Shown here: piece by piece, positions 8,430 to 18,247 of the stretch
How positions within the stretch are numbered: the first letter of the stretch is position 1
Layout of the letters: each line of letters starts with the position of its first letter
Assembly: GCA_002791255.1 (NCBI GenBank)
Contig: PFWS01000022.1
Span: 1-28,958 of the forward strand
Direction: 5' to 3'
DNA from: Candidatus Uhrbacteria bacterium CG_4_9_14_3_um_filter_36_7
GTDB lineage: Bacteria; Patescibacteriota; Patescibacteriia; UBA9934; GWF2-40-263
DNA: 28,958 nucleotides
Notes under the pieces: generated by a model
The model's database searches: none
The model's input: only the letters and a program-made list of their open reading frames with translations
Told to the model about the DNA's origin: nothing
Made by a program: the position numbers and the translations under genes

Positions 8430-11348
8430 CTATCCTATTTCCTGCCCGCTGATTTTCGCAAATAATAGGAAAACAACTGTAAGCCCAATAGTCATAACAA
8501 TTGGAGCAATAATAGATATCCAGTTTCTTTTTCCAGGTGCAAAACGTTTGAGGAATAGGGAATTAGTAACAACAGATACTGAGCTAAAAGCCATAGCAAG
8601 GCCAGCAAGTTCTGGTTTTAAGATAATACCAATGCCAGCAAAAACACGCGCTGCCACAGGGATACCAATGGTATTATAGAACAAGGAGAAGAATAGATTT
8701 TGTTTAATTTTGCTTAAGGTCTCACGGCTAAGGGCAATTGCTGTTACAACATCTTGTAAATCACTTTTCATAAGTACCATCCCGCCAGTTTCCATAGCAA
8801 CATCTGTGCCAGCTCCCATTGCAATACCAACATCCGCTTGAGCTAGAGCCGGAGCATCATTAATTCCATCTCCAACCATTGCAACTGTAAGGCCAGTGGC
8901 TTGAAGTTTTTTGACTTCATTTGCTTTATCCTCTGGAAGCACTTGTGCAAGCACGTTATCAATACCAACTTGTTTAGCAATTGCTTGGGCAGTGCGTTCA
9001 TTATCTCCAGTAATCATAAAGACTTGTAGACCAAGACGCTTAAGTTCGCTTACAGCTTTAGCTGATGTTTCTTTGACAGTATCAGCTACCGCAATAATTC
9101 CTAAAATTTCTTTATCTGTGGCAAGCAACATCGCTGTTTTTCCAGCTTCTTCTAGACGTTTCATTTTTCGTTCAGCTGTGTGTGAATCAAGGTGAATATA
9201 ATCATCTATAAGACGACGATTGCCCAAATAATAGGTTTGTCCATCGACGACTCCACGTACTCCGTGTCCAGGAATAGCTTGGAAATCAGATGATTGTGGA
9301 ATAATTATTTCCTCATCTTTGGCATATTGGCAGATAGCTTCCGCAAGAGGATGCTCTGATTTTTGCTCAAGAGAGGCAGCAATTTCCACTAAACGTTCTT
9401 CATCTGAAAGAGAAAGACCAACAATATCTGTAAGCTCTGGTTTGCCTTTGGTAAGAGTTCCAGTTTTATCAAAGATAATAGCCTTTACTTTGCAAGCGGC
9501 CTCAAGTGGTTCTCCACCCTTAATAAGAATTCCATGTTCTGCTCCCTTGCCAGTGCTAACCATAATAGCAGTCGGAGTTGCAAGCCCAAGCGCGCATGGA
9601 CAAGCGATTACAAGTACGGCTGTAAAAGCCATAAGAGCAAAACTTAAAGAAGATCCAAGAAAAAGAAACCAAACGATAAATGTAAGAAGAGCTATTATAA
9701 TAACTGCTGGAACAAACCAAGAAGAAATACGGTCAGCAAAAGCAGCAATAGGTGCGCGTGAAGATTGAGCTTCTTCAATCATGCGAATAATCTGCGAAAG
9801 CATTGTTTCTGATCCAACCCCAGTAGCTTTAAATTGAAAGTTTCCATTTTTGTTAATGGTCGCGCCAATTACTCTATCACCAATTTGTTTTTCAACAGGC
9901 AAACTTTCACCAGTAAGCATTGATTCATCGATTGATGAGGAACCACTGACTATTTCTCCATCTACAGGCACTTTTTCTCCAGGGCGAACTTCTACAATAT
10001 CTCCGATAACTACTTCTTCAATAGCAATATCAAAAGTTTTGCCTTCTCGAATAACACGCGCTGTTTTTGCTTTAAGCCCCATTAGTTTTTTAATTGCCTC
10101 AGAAGTTTGACCCTTAGCTTTGCTTTCAAGCCATTTTCCAAGAACAACGAATGTAATTAAGAAAGCAGCAGTTTCAAAATAAAGTTCAGGAATTTTTTCT
10201 CCATTTAAACCAAGAATACTTCCTTTTGTGACAGCATATATAATTATGTTTATAAGACTATAGAAGAAAGCAGCAGAGGTTCCAATTGCAATCAAACTAT
10301 CCATGTTGAACATTCTCATGCGTAAACTAGACCAAGCCCCTTTGTAGAATCCAGCTCCAATCACAAATTGAACCGGAATTGTGAGAACTAGAGAAATAAT
10401 TCCCACCCAAGGAAGGATTTGTGATCGTAGAGGGAAAAATGATATAAAGTCGAGCAACATGAAAAAGAGCATTGGTAAACTAAGAATGAATCCAGCAATA
10501 AATTTTTTCCAATAGGAATTTGTTTCTGCTTGTCGTCGCAAGCGTTCTTCTTCCGGGTTTGCTGTGCTTGCTATTTTTGCAGAATACCCAGCTTTTTTTA
10601 CACGTTCGATAATCTGTGGCATGGAAACCTTGGCAGAATCATACACCACACGTGCTTTGGCAGCAGCAAAATTTACACGAGCTCCTTCAATGCCATCAAG
10701 TTTTTTAATACTCTTTTCAATAAGCCCAGCACAAGAAGCACAGTGCATGCCAGTTATAAGAAGTGTTTCTTGTTTTTTTCCGGAAGCCATAGTAGCTTCT
10801 TGTTTTTCCGACTCTGTTATTGACGTTTGTGCGGGCATTATCGAGGTAGGTGTTGTGTTTTGATCAAGACGTTTAGTTCCATCAAGTGTAAGACCAAGGT
10901 GCAGAGTCCTTGATAAATGATCGACGATTTTTTGAAGATCAGGAATATCTTTTGGTGAATCCACGCTTTGTTTTTTTGAGACAGTTACTACCCCTTCAAA
11001 AGTAGGAGAACCTGTTTTGTCTGTTTGCACTTTTCCTTCCGCAGTTGCTGTCATTTCATAAGAGAGTTTGACATGTCCTTCAGGAGATATGTCGTGTTTT
11101 GTTTCAGATTTTTCTTTGATCGTCTCCGATGTAGTTGTCTCTATTATTTTTGTTTCATATCCAAGATTTTGGATTTCTTCAACAATCTTTGTTACATCGG
11201 CTTGTTCATTAACTTCAATATCACCTGTGCCTTTTTGGGAATCAATATTTGAATGCACAACACCTGGTAAATCTTCTAAAGCTAAAGCAATAGTCTTTTC
11301 ACAAGAAGCGCAATGCATTCCTTTAATTTGTAGATGAATCATTTTCAT
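8430..11348 (-). CDS. copA: Cu(I)-translocating P1B-1 ATPase
   Basis: Two GMHCASC metal-binding domains, [26 protein letters not shown], and the Cu+-specific YN (FYNT) and MxxSS (MAFSS) motifs. Confidence 0.96.
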   Translation of the reverse strand: MKMIHLQIKGMHCASCEKTIALALEDLPGVVHSNIDSQKGTGDIEVNEQADVTKIVEEIQNLGYETKIIETTTSETIKEKSETKHDISPEGHVKLSYEMTATAEGKVQTDKTGSPTFEGVVTVSKKQSVDSPKDIPDLQKIVDHLSRTLHLGLTLDGTKRLDQNTTPTSIMPAQTSITESEKQEATMASGKKQETLLITGMHCASCAGLIEKSIKKLDGIEGARVNFAAAKARVVYDSAKVSMPQIIERVKKAGYSAKIASTANPEEERLRRQAETNSYWKKFIAGFILSLPMLFFMLLDFISFFPLRSQILPWVGIISLVLTIPVQFVIGAGFYKGAWSSLRMRMFNMDSLIAIGTSAAFFYSLINIIIYAVTKGSILGLNGEKIPELYFETAAFLITFVVLGKWLESKAKGQTSEAIKKLMGLKAKTARVIREGKTFDIAIEEVVIGDIVEVRPGEKVPVDGEIVSGSSSIDESMLTGESLPVEKQIGDRVIGATINKNGNFQFKATGVGSETMLSQIIRMIEEAQSSRAPIAAFADRISSWFVPAVIIIALLTFIVWFLFLGSSLSFALMAFTAVLVIACPCALGLATPTAIMVSTGKGAEHGILIKGGEPLEAACKVKAIIFDKTGTLTKGKPELTDIVGLSLSDEERLVEIAASLEQKSEHPLAEAICQYAKDEEIIIPQSSDFQAIPGHGVRGVVDGQTYYLGNRRLIDDYIHLDSHTAERKMKRLEEAGKTAMLLATDKEILGIIAVADTVKETSAKAVSELKRLGLQVFMITGDNERTAQAIAKQVGIDNVLAQVLPEDKANEVKKLQATGLTVAMVGDGINDAPALAQADVGIAMGAGTDVAMETGGMVLMKSDLQDVVTAIALSRETLSKIKQNLFFSLFYNTIGIPVAARVFAGIGIILKPELAGLAMAFSSVSVVTNSLFLKRFAPGKRNWISIIAPIVMTIGLTVVFLLFAKISGQEIG

Positions 11349-11354
11349 AGAATT

Positions 11355-11561
11355 TTAGACCTCCTTTATATGATAACCGTTTTTTTCAAGTTCTTTGTTG
11401 ATAACACTTAAATCAAGATGGGTTTTAGAAACTATATTAGTTGTTCCATCTTCTTTAATATCAACAGATTGTACGCTTTCCATTTTTTTTATGATTATTT
11501 GGCACAGCTTTGCGCAAGAAGTGCAATGCATGCCAATAATCGTGAATGTTTGTTGAGTCAT
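11355..11561 (-). CDS. copZ: CopZ-like copper chaperone (HMA domain)
   Basis: 68 aa with GMHCTSC, located between the cupredoxin fusion gene and copA. Confidence 0.85.
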   Translation of the reverse strand: MTQQTFTIIGMHCTSCAKLCQIIIKKMESVQSVDIKEDGTTNIVSKTHLDLSVINKELEKNGYHIKEV

Positions 11562-11567
11562 AGAGAT

Positions 11568-13364
11568 TTATTGCACATGAATAAGAGCTCGTCCCATTCC
11601 CATTGGGCAAGTGATTTCATAATCTCCTTTTTCAGTAGGAATAAAGTTAATTGTTGTTGGTGATGGATAAGTATCATCGACTGCAATACCAAGTTCTTCA
11701 TTATAAAAACCAACCATACAACCAATAGGAACAGAATCTGGAGTTATGGTCCATTCAGCTGGAATATTTACAGAAACAGTAAATTCATCTGGTGACAAAA
11801 TACTATCTGACTCAATAGATTTAATAATCTGTTTGTTTCCACTCATGATAGCTTTTTGAGATATAGTATTGGAATTATCTGTATTTAATAATGAGGAAGA
11901 TGGTCTTCTGCCTCCGCATGAAGTGGACGTTGAATCAGTATTATCAGCATAAGCCGCTTGTGCTTGGGCGGTGATACCACTAGTTTTCCCACTTGTCTCT
12001 ACCACATCAAAATATCCTCGATACATACCCATAGAGCAGGAGAAGGGAATGCGTCCCGTTTTTTGTGGGGTAAATTCAATAATGTTCTCACCCTTTTTTA
12101 GATTTTTTTGAATTCCCAAACTTGGAACACTTAAGGCAACCGCGCAACTAAATTGGCTTTGTGAAGTAATAACCCAGCGTACTGGAATACCCTTAGTAAT
12201 CGTAAAGCGATTTGGTTTATAGCCAGACACTTCTTGAGTCATACGTACAATTTGTAAGTTGACTTGGTTTTCAACTGAAGTATTTGTCGTAGTTTTTTGG
12301 GAAGTATCATTGCTAAAACCCGCTAAAACCATAGCATTACTAAAGTTTAGTAAACCAAAGATGAACAAAGCAAGCCCGACTGTTGCATAGAATTTTTTTG
12401 CAAATATTCCTTTAATAACTGATGTGAGCCCACCAATACCAATAAGGGCTGGTGCCGTACCTAGGGCAAAGAGTCCCATAGCAATAGCGCCTTGTGTAAA
12501 ATTTCCAGTACTAATAGCATATAATTGCATAGCCTGAGTAAATCCGCATGGCAAGAAGAAAGTCAAACTTCCCATTATAAATGATGAACGATGGCTATAT
12601 TCTTTTTGGTGTTTTGAAAAACCAAAGCGTTTTGCTAACCAGCCGGGGAGAGTTAATAGAGAACCTTCACTTATGCGTGGTGAAATACCTGATAATTTAA
12701 TACCAAGCACGGTCATGACTATAGCAATAACTAATGTGAGTAACGCGAGAGTACTGTTTGATAAACGGAAAAACTCGCCTAAAGACCCAAGTAGTCCTCC
12801 TAAAAATGCATAACTAAGCACACGACCTGTATTGAAATACAGGTGTGGTCGGAATTTTTGCCAAGCCGAAGCTTCTGGATGTTTTTCCGCGTGTCTAGAG
12901 GAAAGACCCAAAACTAAGCCACCCACAAGAGCCATGCAGGTAGATACACCTGCTACAAGCCCAACAAAAATAGCAAAAAATGGAGTAATAGTACTTGTTT
13001 CATTGAGAGATATATCAAAAATTCCTATATTTTTTCCGATCCAGTAGAGAATAAAAAGTAAAAATCCAGCTCGGATGAGATTTTGATAATCATTTTTATC
13101 TTTAGAAAACCAAGGTGATTTTCCTTTTTGGCCAATTTCATACCCAGCCTTTTTAATTGCTTGTTCAAGTTCTGTTTGATTAACAGCTTGGTCAATTTTA
13201 AGGTTGACATGAACAGTAACAAGACCTTGTTTTACATTAACATTAACTTTTTGAACGCCAGGCAATTCCTTAAGAGCCTGATCGATTACAAGTTCGCAAG
13301 AGCTACAATGAAGTTTACGAACAGGTATTATTATTGCGTGATAATTTATATGGTTTTGTTTCAT
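11568..13364 (-). CDS. HMA - DsbD_2/TauE-like membrane domain - tandem CupA-like cupredoxin fusion protein
   Basis: N-terminal LHCSSC HMA domain, membrane domain with GVSTCMALVGG and FFLPCGFTQA, and two C-terminal cupredoxins ending FSCSMGM and ITCPMGM. ATG 13364 is preferred; the ORF track starts at 13379. Confidence 0.9.
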   Translation of the reverse strand: MKQNHINYHAIIIPVRKLHCSSCELVIDQALKELPGVQKVNVNVKQGLVTVHVNLKIDQAVNQTELEQAIKKAGYEIGQKGKSPWFSKDKNDYQNLIRAGFLLFILYWIGKNIGIFDISLNETSTITPFFAIFVGLVAGVSTCMALVGGLVLGLSSRHAEKHPEASAWQKFRPHLYFNTGRVLSYAFLGGLLGSLGEFFRLSNSTLALLTLVIAIVMTVLGIKLSGISPRISEGSLLTLPGWLAKRFGFSKHQKEYSHRSSFIMGSLTFFLPCGFTQAMQLYAISTGNFTQGAIAMGLFALGTAPALIGIGGLTSVIKGIFAKKFYATVGLALFIFGLLNFSNAMVLAGFSNDTSQKTTTNTSVENQVNLQIVRMTQEVSGYKPNRFTITKGIPVRWVITSQSQFSCAVALSVPSLGIQKNLKKGENIIEFTPQKTGRIPFSCSMGMYRGYFDVVETSGKTSGITAQAQAAYADNTDSTSTSCGGRRPSSSLLNTDNSNTISQKAIMSGNKQIIKSIESDSILSPDEFTVSVNIPAEWTITPDSVPIGCMVGFYNEELGIAVDDTYPSPTTINFIPTEKGDYEITCPMGMGRALIHVQ

Positions 13365-13372
13365 AGAATAAA

Positions 13373-13427
13373 AAAACACAAGAATAAAATATTTCTTTCT
13401 TAAAAAGAAAAGATATCCTTGTGTTTT
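13373..13427 (-). promoter_or_regulatory. Intercistronic stem-loop between the leader ORF and the first cop gene
   Basis: Perfect 10-bp outer stem (13373-13382 / 13418-13427) plus imperfect inner stem ATATCTTTTCT/AGAAAGAAATAT. It starts immediately after the leader TAG and ends 8 nt before ATG 13364. Confidence 0.65.
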
Positions 13428-13793
13428 CTATTCTCGTTTGATAATTGTAAGCAGCGGATCTGTGTCGCGGAAAACATTCGATTTAAGAAAAATAGTATTT
13501 ATTTTTTTTGTTAAATTAATAGGGAAGATAATGGGTTCTGTAATCAATAAGACATTTTCTAAAAGTGGTGAAACTGTTTTGGTTTCTACTGTTGTTTTCG
13601 TTTCGTTCTTTACCAAAGACAAACAATGAAGAGCACAACTATGAGGTATATTTATTGGTATGGAAGTTTGATTACTGCTACAAGGATGTTTTTGAGAAGT
13701 ATGTTGATGCGCAAAAACAGCTCGCGGTCCAAAAATAAGAGCGATTATTATAAAAGATAAAAGAAAAAATTGAGAAAATTTATGATGCATCAT
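13428..13793 (-). CDS. Secreted His/Cys-rich leader protein, putative copper-sensing upstream ORF (CutF/DUF2946-like architecture)
   Basis: Signal peptide ending AVFA, then HQHTSQKHPC...HSCALHC (CxxHC) and C-terminus DPLLTIIKRE. It is the first gene of the cop cluster. The start could be ATG 13793, ATG 13790 or TTG 13808. Confidence 0.7.
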   Translation of the reverse strand: MMHHKFSQFFLLSFIIIALIFGPRAVFAHQHTSQKHPCSSNQTSIPINIPHSCALHCLSLVKNETKTTVETKTVSPLLENVLLITEPIIFPINLTKKINTIFLKSNVFRDTDPLLTIIKRE

Positions 13794-13813
13794 ATCGTCA
13801 ATAATCAATTATT

Positions 13814-15610
13814 TTACATTACTTGATGTCGACGACGTTCGTGTTCTTTGAGATATCGTTTGCGAATACGAATTGATTTTGGTGTTACTTCAACTAGTTC
13901 ATCTTGATCAACGTACTCGAGAGCCCGTTCAAGATTCATTTCCATAGGTGGTGTGAGTTTGATGGCCATATCAGCACCAGAGGAACGCATATTTGTGAGT
14001 TTTTTACCACGAATGGGATTTACTGTTATATTTTCTTTCATACTCATTCCAATTACCATTCCTTCATATACTTCCACACCCGCATCAACAAAAAGCGGTC
14101 CACGATCTTGCAATCCTTCAAGGGCGTAAGCTGTGGTTACTCCATCAAAGCCAGAGATAATAGATCCAGTTGTTCGGCGATTAATTTCGCCTTTCCATGG
14201 AGCATAATCAGAGAATTGATGAGAAAAAGTTCCTTCTCCTTTTGTATCTGTTAAAAATTCAGAGCGATATCCAAGCAGACTACGAGTCGGAATATTATAT
14301 TCCAAACGAGTCGAACCATTTTCACTTTTCATATTTATCATTTCTCCTTTGCGCACTCCAAGCTTTTCAATGACTGATCCTACGTAAGCATCTGGTATAT
14401 CTATCACTGCAATTTCAATTGGCTCTAGGGTTTGTCCATCTTTTTCTTTAACAATCACTTTTGGTTGGCTTACTTCTAGTTCAAATCCTTCACGTCTCAT
14501 TTGTTCAATAAGAATCGATAAATGCATTTCTCCTCGACCGCTTATGGTAAACACATCACCAGCATCTGAAAATTCAATTTTTAATCCAACATTTACTTCA
14601 AGCTCTTTAAGTAGTCGATCGCGAATTTGTCTGGAAGTGATAAGTTCTCCTTCGCGTCCAGAAAACGGAGATTTATTGACAGCAAAATCCATTTTAAGAG
14701 TTGGTGGATCAATGGCAATAGTAGGGAGTGGTTCAGCTTGTGGATCTTCAGCAATGGTATCTCCTACATAAATTTCTGGAATACCAGCTATTTGAATTAT
14801 ATCCCCAGCTTCTGCTTCTGTAACTTCAATTTTATTTAATCCTTGATGATTAAAAAGTTTTGTTACTTTATAGTTTGATCGACTTCCATCTGGGGAGATA
14901 ACAGTTACTATCATGCCTGTGCGTAGTTTTCCTTCATAAATACGTCCAACAGCTAAGCGTCCAACATAAGAATCGTAAGCAAGATTAGATGGCTGCATGC
15001 GCATAGGAACACTAGTATTATGGGCAGCTGGTGGAACACTTGAAAGAATAAGATCAAATAGGGGGCGTAAATCATTGCTTTCATCAGTAAGTTCGCGTTT
15101 GGCAATTCCCTCTCGACCATTAGTAAAAATATGTTGGAAATCGAGCTGTTCATTAGTAGCTCCAAGTTCGACAAAAAGATCAAAGACCATATTTAATACT
15201 TCGTGTGGACGTGCCATTGGTTTATCAATTTTATTAATAACCACGATCGGTTTAAGTCCAAGAGCAAGGGATTTGCGTAAGACAAATTTAGTTTGAGGCA
15301 TAGGCCCTTCAAAAGCATCAACAAGCAAAAGAACACTATCAACCATACGTAAAATACGCTCAACCTCAGATCCAAAATCAGCATGTCCTGGGGTATCGAC
15401 AATATTAATTTTTATTCCATCAAGTACAATAGCTGTATTTTTTGCATAAATTGTGATTCCACGCTCTCGCTCAAGCTCATTTGAGTCCATAACACATTCT
15501 TGAACCACCTCTCGTTCATTAAAAGTTCCAGATTGTTTAAGCAAAGCATCCACAAGCGTTGTCTTGCCGTGGTCTACGTGGGCGATAATAGCAATATTTC
15601 TAAATTCCAT
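13814..15610 (-). CDS. typA: Translational GTPase TypA/BipA
   Basis: [62 protein letters not shown] and [11 protein letters not shown]. Confidence 0.98.
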   Translation of the reverse strand: MEFRNIAIIAHVDHGKTTLVDALLKQSGTFNEREVVQECVMDSNELERERGITIYAKNTAIVLDGIKINIVDTPGHADFGSEVERILRMVDSVLLLVDAFEGPMPQTKFVLRKSLALGLKPIVVINKIDKPMARPHEVLNMVFDLFVELGATNEQLDFQHIFTNGREGIAKRELTDESNDLRPLFDLILSSVPPAAHNTSVPMRMQPSNLAYDSYVGRLAVGRIYEGKLRTGMIVTVISPDGSRSNYKVTKLFNHQGLNKIEVTEAEAGDIIQIAGIPEIYVGDTIAEDPQAEPLPTIAIDPPTLKMDFAVNKSPFSGREGELITSRQIRDRLLKELEVNVGLKIEFSDAGDVFTISGRGEMHLSILIEQMRREGFELEVSQPKVIVKEKDGQTLEPIEIAVIDIPDAYVGSVIEKLGVRKGEMINMKSENGSTRLEYNIPTRSLLGYRSEFLTDTKGEGTFSHQFSDYAPWKGEINRRTTGSIISGFDGVTTAYALEGLQDRGPLFVDAGVEVYEGMVIGMSMKENITVNPIRGKKLTNMRSSGADMAIKLTPPMEMNLERALEYVDQDELVEVTPKSIRIRKRYLKEHERRRHQVM

Positions 15611-15620
15611 AGATCGGAAG

Positions 15621-15672
15621 AGTATAATATGAAAATCAATTTATGGGAAGCCCTATGACAATATGTTATACT
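15621..15672. promoter_or_regulatory. Divergent promoters for typA and cupin
   Basis: Minus-strand TATACT (15626-15621) with TTCCCA 17 bp upstream. Plus-strand TGt-TATACT (15667-15672). Both -35 positions fall on the same hexamer, 15644-15649. Confidence 0.45.
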
Positions 15673-15697
15673 TAATTATTAATTCCTAATTTTTTTT

Positions 15698-16060
15698 ATG
15701 GATGGATATATTATTAATATCGAAAAAAAGACGCTTGATAATAATGCTTATCGAGAAGTATTATTTACTACCAAGCGTAGTCAACTTGTTGTCATGACCC
15801 TTCAACCAGAAGAAGAAATTGGTATGGAAGTTCATGAAGAACATGATCAATTTATTCGTGTGGAAATGGGGGAGGGGAAAGCAATTTTAAATGGAGAAGT
15901 TCATTTGCTTGAGGATGGAAGTGCGGTTGTGATCCCAGCAGGAGTAGAACATAATATTATAAATGCTTCTGCCATTCATCCTTTGCGTCTATATACAATT
16001 TATACTCCACCAGAGCACCCAGAAGGAACAATTCATCAAACAAAGCAAGAAGCTCGATAA
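15698..16060 (+). CDS. Cupin domain protein (cupin_2)
   Basis: EIGMEVHEEHDQFIRVEMGEG and VIPAGVEHNIIN, with C-terminal YTIYTPPEH. Confidence 0.92.
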   Translation: MDGYIINIEKKTLDNNAYREVLFTTKRSQLVVMTLQPEEEIGMEVHEEHDQFIRVEMGEGKAILNGEVHLLEDGSAVVIPAGVEHNIINASAIHPLRLYTIYTPPEHPEGTIHQTKQEAR

Positions 16061-16063
16061 AAT

Positions 16064-16095
16064 AAAAAGCAACGGTTTAAACCGCTGCTTTTTTT
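16064..16095. terminator. Bidirectional intrinsic terminator between cupin and SIMPL genes
   Basis: AAAAAGCAACGGT-ttaa-ACCGCTGCTTTTTTT between convergent stop codons. Confidence 0.8.
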
Positions 16096-16105
16096 GTGGG
16101 CACAT

Positions 16106-16879
16106 TTATTCTTCTAGAAGGTAAGTTACATTTACATTTAATTTTACCTCTTTGGTTCCTGTTGGAATGGTTGGAGCACTTTCACCACCACCCATTCCAA
16201 TTGCTGCTGATTTTTCATAATATATAGGTCCTACAGAATTATCGTACCATTCTGAATAGCCTATAATTTTTCCAAGTTTTAACCCAAGTTTGCCAGCAAT
16301 TTGCTGTGCTTTTTCTTTGGCTTCTTCTAAGCCTTTTTCTCGTGCCTGATCTTTCAAATTTGTTAAATCATCAATTGAGAAAGTAGGTCCAGAAATATTA
16401 GTTACTCCTTTTTGCCCAGCAAGTTGTAAAACTGAAGAAATGTTTTTCATTTCACGTATTTTTACCATCAGTTGCTGACTGACAATCCAATCTCCCTTTT
16501 TACTTCTTTGAGTTTCCGGATCCCAATAATCTTCTTGATAAACCGTATAGGAAGCGGTTTGAATATCTTCTTCAGTTATATTTAATTCTTTTATTCCCTC
16601 AATAATTGTATTCATGGTTTGAGTATTTTTTTCTTGAGCAGTTGGAACATCTGTAGCTCGTGTCTCAACCCCAAGAGATAATTGGGCAATATCAGGTGTG
16701 GCCACCACTTTGCCCTCAGCATCAATCATAATCGTGTGTTCATACGGTGTTGGTTTACCAACTTGTTTTGCTTCAAACACGACTTGAATTGTTTTTGCTG
16801 CAAAGAACAAAATAAGAAGAATAAAAAGAATAAATAAAGGAACCGCAAAGGCGCGCTGTGCCTTAAAAGATGGCCACAT
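16106..16879 (-). CDS. SIMPL domain (DUF541/YggE/BP26) protein
   Basis: N-terminal TM helix, AEGKVVATPDIAQLSLGV, IQTASY, AREKGLEEAKEKAQQIA and NVNVTY. Confidence 0.92.
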   Translation of the reverse strand: MWPSFKAQRAFAVPLFILFILLILFFAAKTIQVVFEAKQVGKPTPYEHTIMIDAEGKVVATPDIAQLSLGVETRATDVPTAQEKNTQTMNTIIEGIKELNITEEDIQTASYTVYQEDYWDPETQRSKKGDWIVSQQLMVKIREMKNISSVLQLAGQKGVTNISGPTFSIDDLTNLKDQAREKGLEEAKEKAQQIAGKLGLKLGKIIGYSEWYDNSVGPIYYEKSAAIGMGGGESAPTIPTGTKEVKLNVNVTYLLEE

Positions 16880-17000
16880 ACAAAAATAAAAGTAATGTTT
16901 AAAATGATCCTTGTGGGATCAGGAAGATATTATACGTTGTTTAATAAAAAGTAACAAAAAATATTTTTTAGAATTTATTTATAAAATTTGGATAGTGATT

Positions 17001-17564
17001 TTATAAACCAATTTCTGATGTGATTGATTGCATTGCTTTAATTGAAATTTCAAAAAATTTTGATTTTTCTAATCCTATTTTTTCAATATCAGATATAAGA
17101 TCACGAGAAACATTTGCAGCAAATTTTTTGTCCTTAAATTTTTTATTGAGAGAACTTGCCTTCATTCCTTCTAATTTTTCCGGTCGCATTAAAGCATAAG
17201 CATAAATCAGGCCAGTAACGCTTTCACCTGCCGCTAGAGCATAATCAAGCTTACTCTCACGAACTATTTCCGTATGCTTTTCGTTATGTGCAGAAATTGC
17301 ATGAGCCACTTCTTTTGATATTTCACAATCTTCATTTTTTAAAATATCCATAGTTTTTATTCCGTGTTGATTCCAATTTTCAGAGGTTTGCTCCCAGTCT
17401 AAATCATGTAAAAGACCTGCAAGTCCCCACATTTCTTCATCCTCTTTTAATTCTCTTGATAAAGCTCTCAACACAACTTCACTTTCGCGAGAATGGATTT
17501 GATTATTCTTATCTTTTAAATATTTCTGTACAAGTTCGTGGGCTTTTTCAGTTGTTATTTGCAT
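17001..17564 (-). CDS. HD/HDIG-domain putative phosphohydrolase (COG2316-like)
   Basis: HSRESE, WGLAGLLHDLDWE, HG, AISAHN, LTGLI-like segment and KKFKDKKFAANVSRD. Confidence 0.88.
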   Translation of the reverse strand: MQITTEKAHELVQKYLKDKNNQIHSRESEVVLRALSRELKEDEEMWGLAGLLHDLDWEQTSENWNQHGIKTMDILKNEDCEISKEVAHAISAHNEKHTEIVRESKLDYALAAGESVTGLIYAYALMRPEKLEGMKASSLNKKFKDKKFAANVSRDLISDIEKIGLEKSKFFEISIKAMQSITSEIGL

Positions 17565-17598
17565 AAAATCTATGTCAGATAATTATGGGCGTTTATAT

Positions 17599-17631
17599 TG
17601 GTCGGCCTTGCATACCACAGATTGAACCGAC
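17599..17631 (-). repeat. Degenerate copy of the tRNA-Pro 3' end (possible att relic)
   Basis: TGGTCGGCCTTGC matches tRNA 18791-18803 TGGTCGGGCTGGC at 11/13. TTGAACC (T-loop complement) recurs 5 nt further out, in the same orientation. Confidence 0.35.
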
Positions 17632-17682
17632 GGATACATGGTTCACAATAATTTTAGATGAAACATTAATTTTTTTACAAGA

Positions 17683-18246
17683 TTATCTTTCAGGATTCGA
17701 TATTGCTGATTTAATATCGGCTAATAAAACTTCAAATTCTGTATAACCGGAAGCTTCATTAAAATGACCTGCATTTTTAATCAAATTAATTTCCACATTT
17801 AATTTATTCGATATTCTTTTTGCTTTATCTAAAGACAAGTATGGATCATTGTCTGAATGATAAATCTTAAAGCTTTTGCAGTTTTTCCTAATGGTACTCC
17901 AATCGAAATCTCGTTGAGCAAAAGTTTTCATACCTTCATCAAATTCATTTTCAGCTTTTCCGATAAAACCAGCTACTAAAAAAGCGGCTTTAACTGGATA
18001 TTTTTCAATAACATTAAGTGTAAAAGGGACACCTAAACTGTGACCGACCAATATAGCATCTTCATTTATGTATTTTCCGTATTTCTTAAGTACTTGCATC
18101 CATGAATCTAAAGTTTGGTTTTCTGGTGTTGGGAATTGTGGAATGAATACAGAATGTCCTTCTAACTCAAATTTCTCCTTTAACCAAGGAAACCAGTTTT
18201 CTTTAGGATGTCCTCCAACCCCATGAAATACAAAGATATTTGCCAT
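17683..18246 (-). CDS. RBBP9/YdeN-family alpha/beta hydrolase
   Basis: FVFHGVGGHPKENWFPWL, nucleophile LVGHSLG, SDNDPY and NAGHFN. Confidence 0.93.
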   Translation of the reverse strand: MANIFVFHGVGGHPKENWFPWLKEKFELEGHSVFIPQFPTPENQTLDSWMQVLKKYGKYINEDAILVGHSLGVPFTLNVIEKYPVKAAFLVAGFIGKAENEFDEGMKTFAQRDFDWSTIRKNCKSFKIYHSDNDPYLSLDKAKRISNKLNVEINLIKNAGHFNEASGYTEFEVLLADIKSAISNPER

Positions 18247-18247
18247 A

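Noticed and set aside
8401-11337. Numerous plus-strand ORFs of 75-149 aa inside copA (also inside typA, GSDH, rlmN, SPFH and GH3)
   Set aside because: Antisense or alternate-frame shadows of well-supported genes, with no motifs or initiation signals.
13777-13801. MerR/CueR-type promoter (TTGACG followed by a palindrome)
   Set aside because: No TAnnnT hexamer at 17-19 bp spacing, and no MerR-family gene nearby.
17582-17660. Short minus-strand frames such as CEPCIRRFNLWYARP and MYPSVQSVVCKADQYKRP
   Set aside because: Too short, no SD and no recognisable homology, so they cannot be supported as genes.
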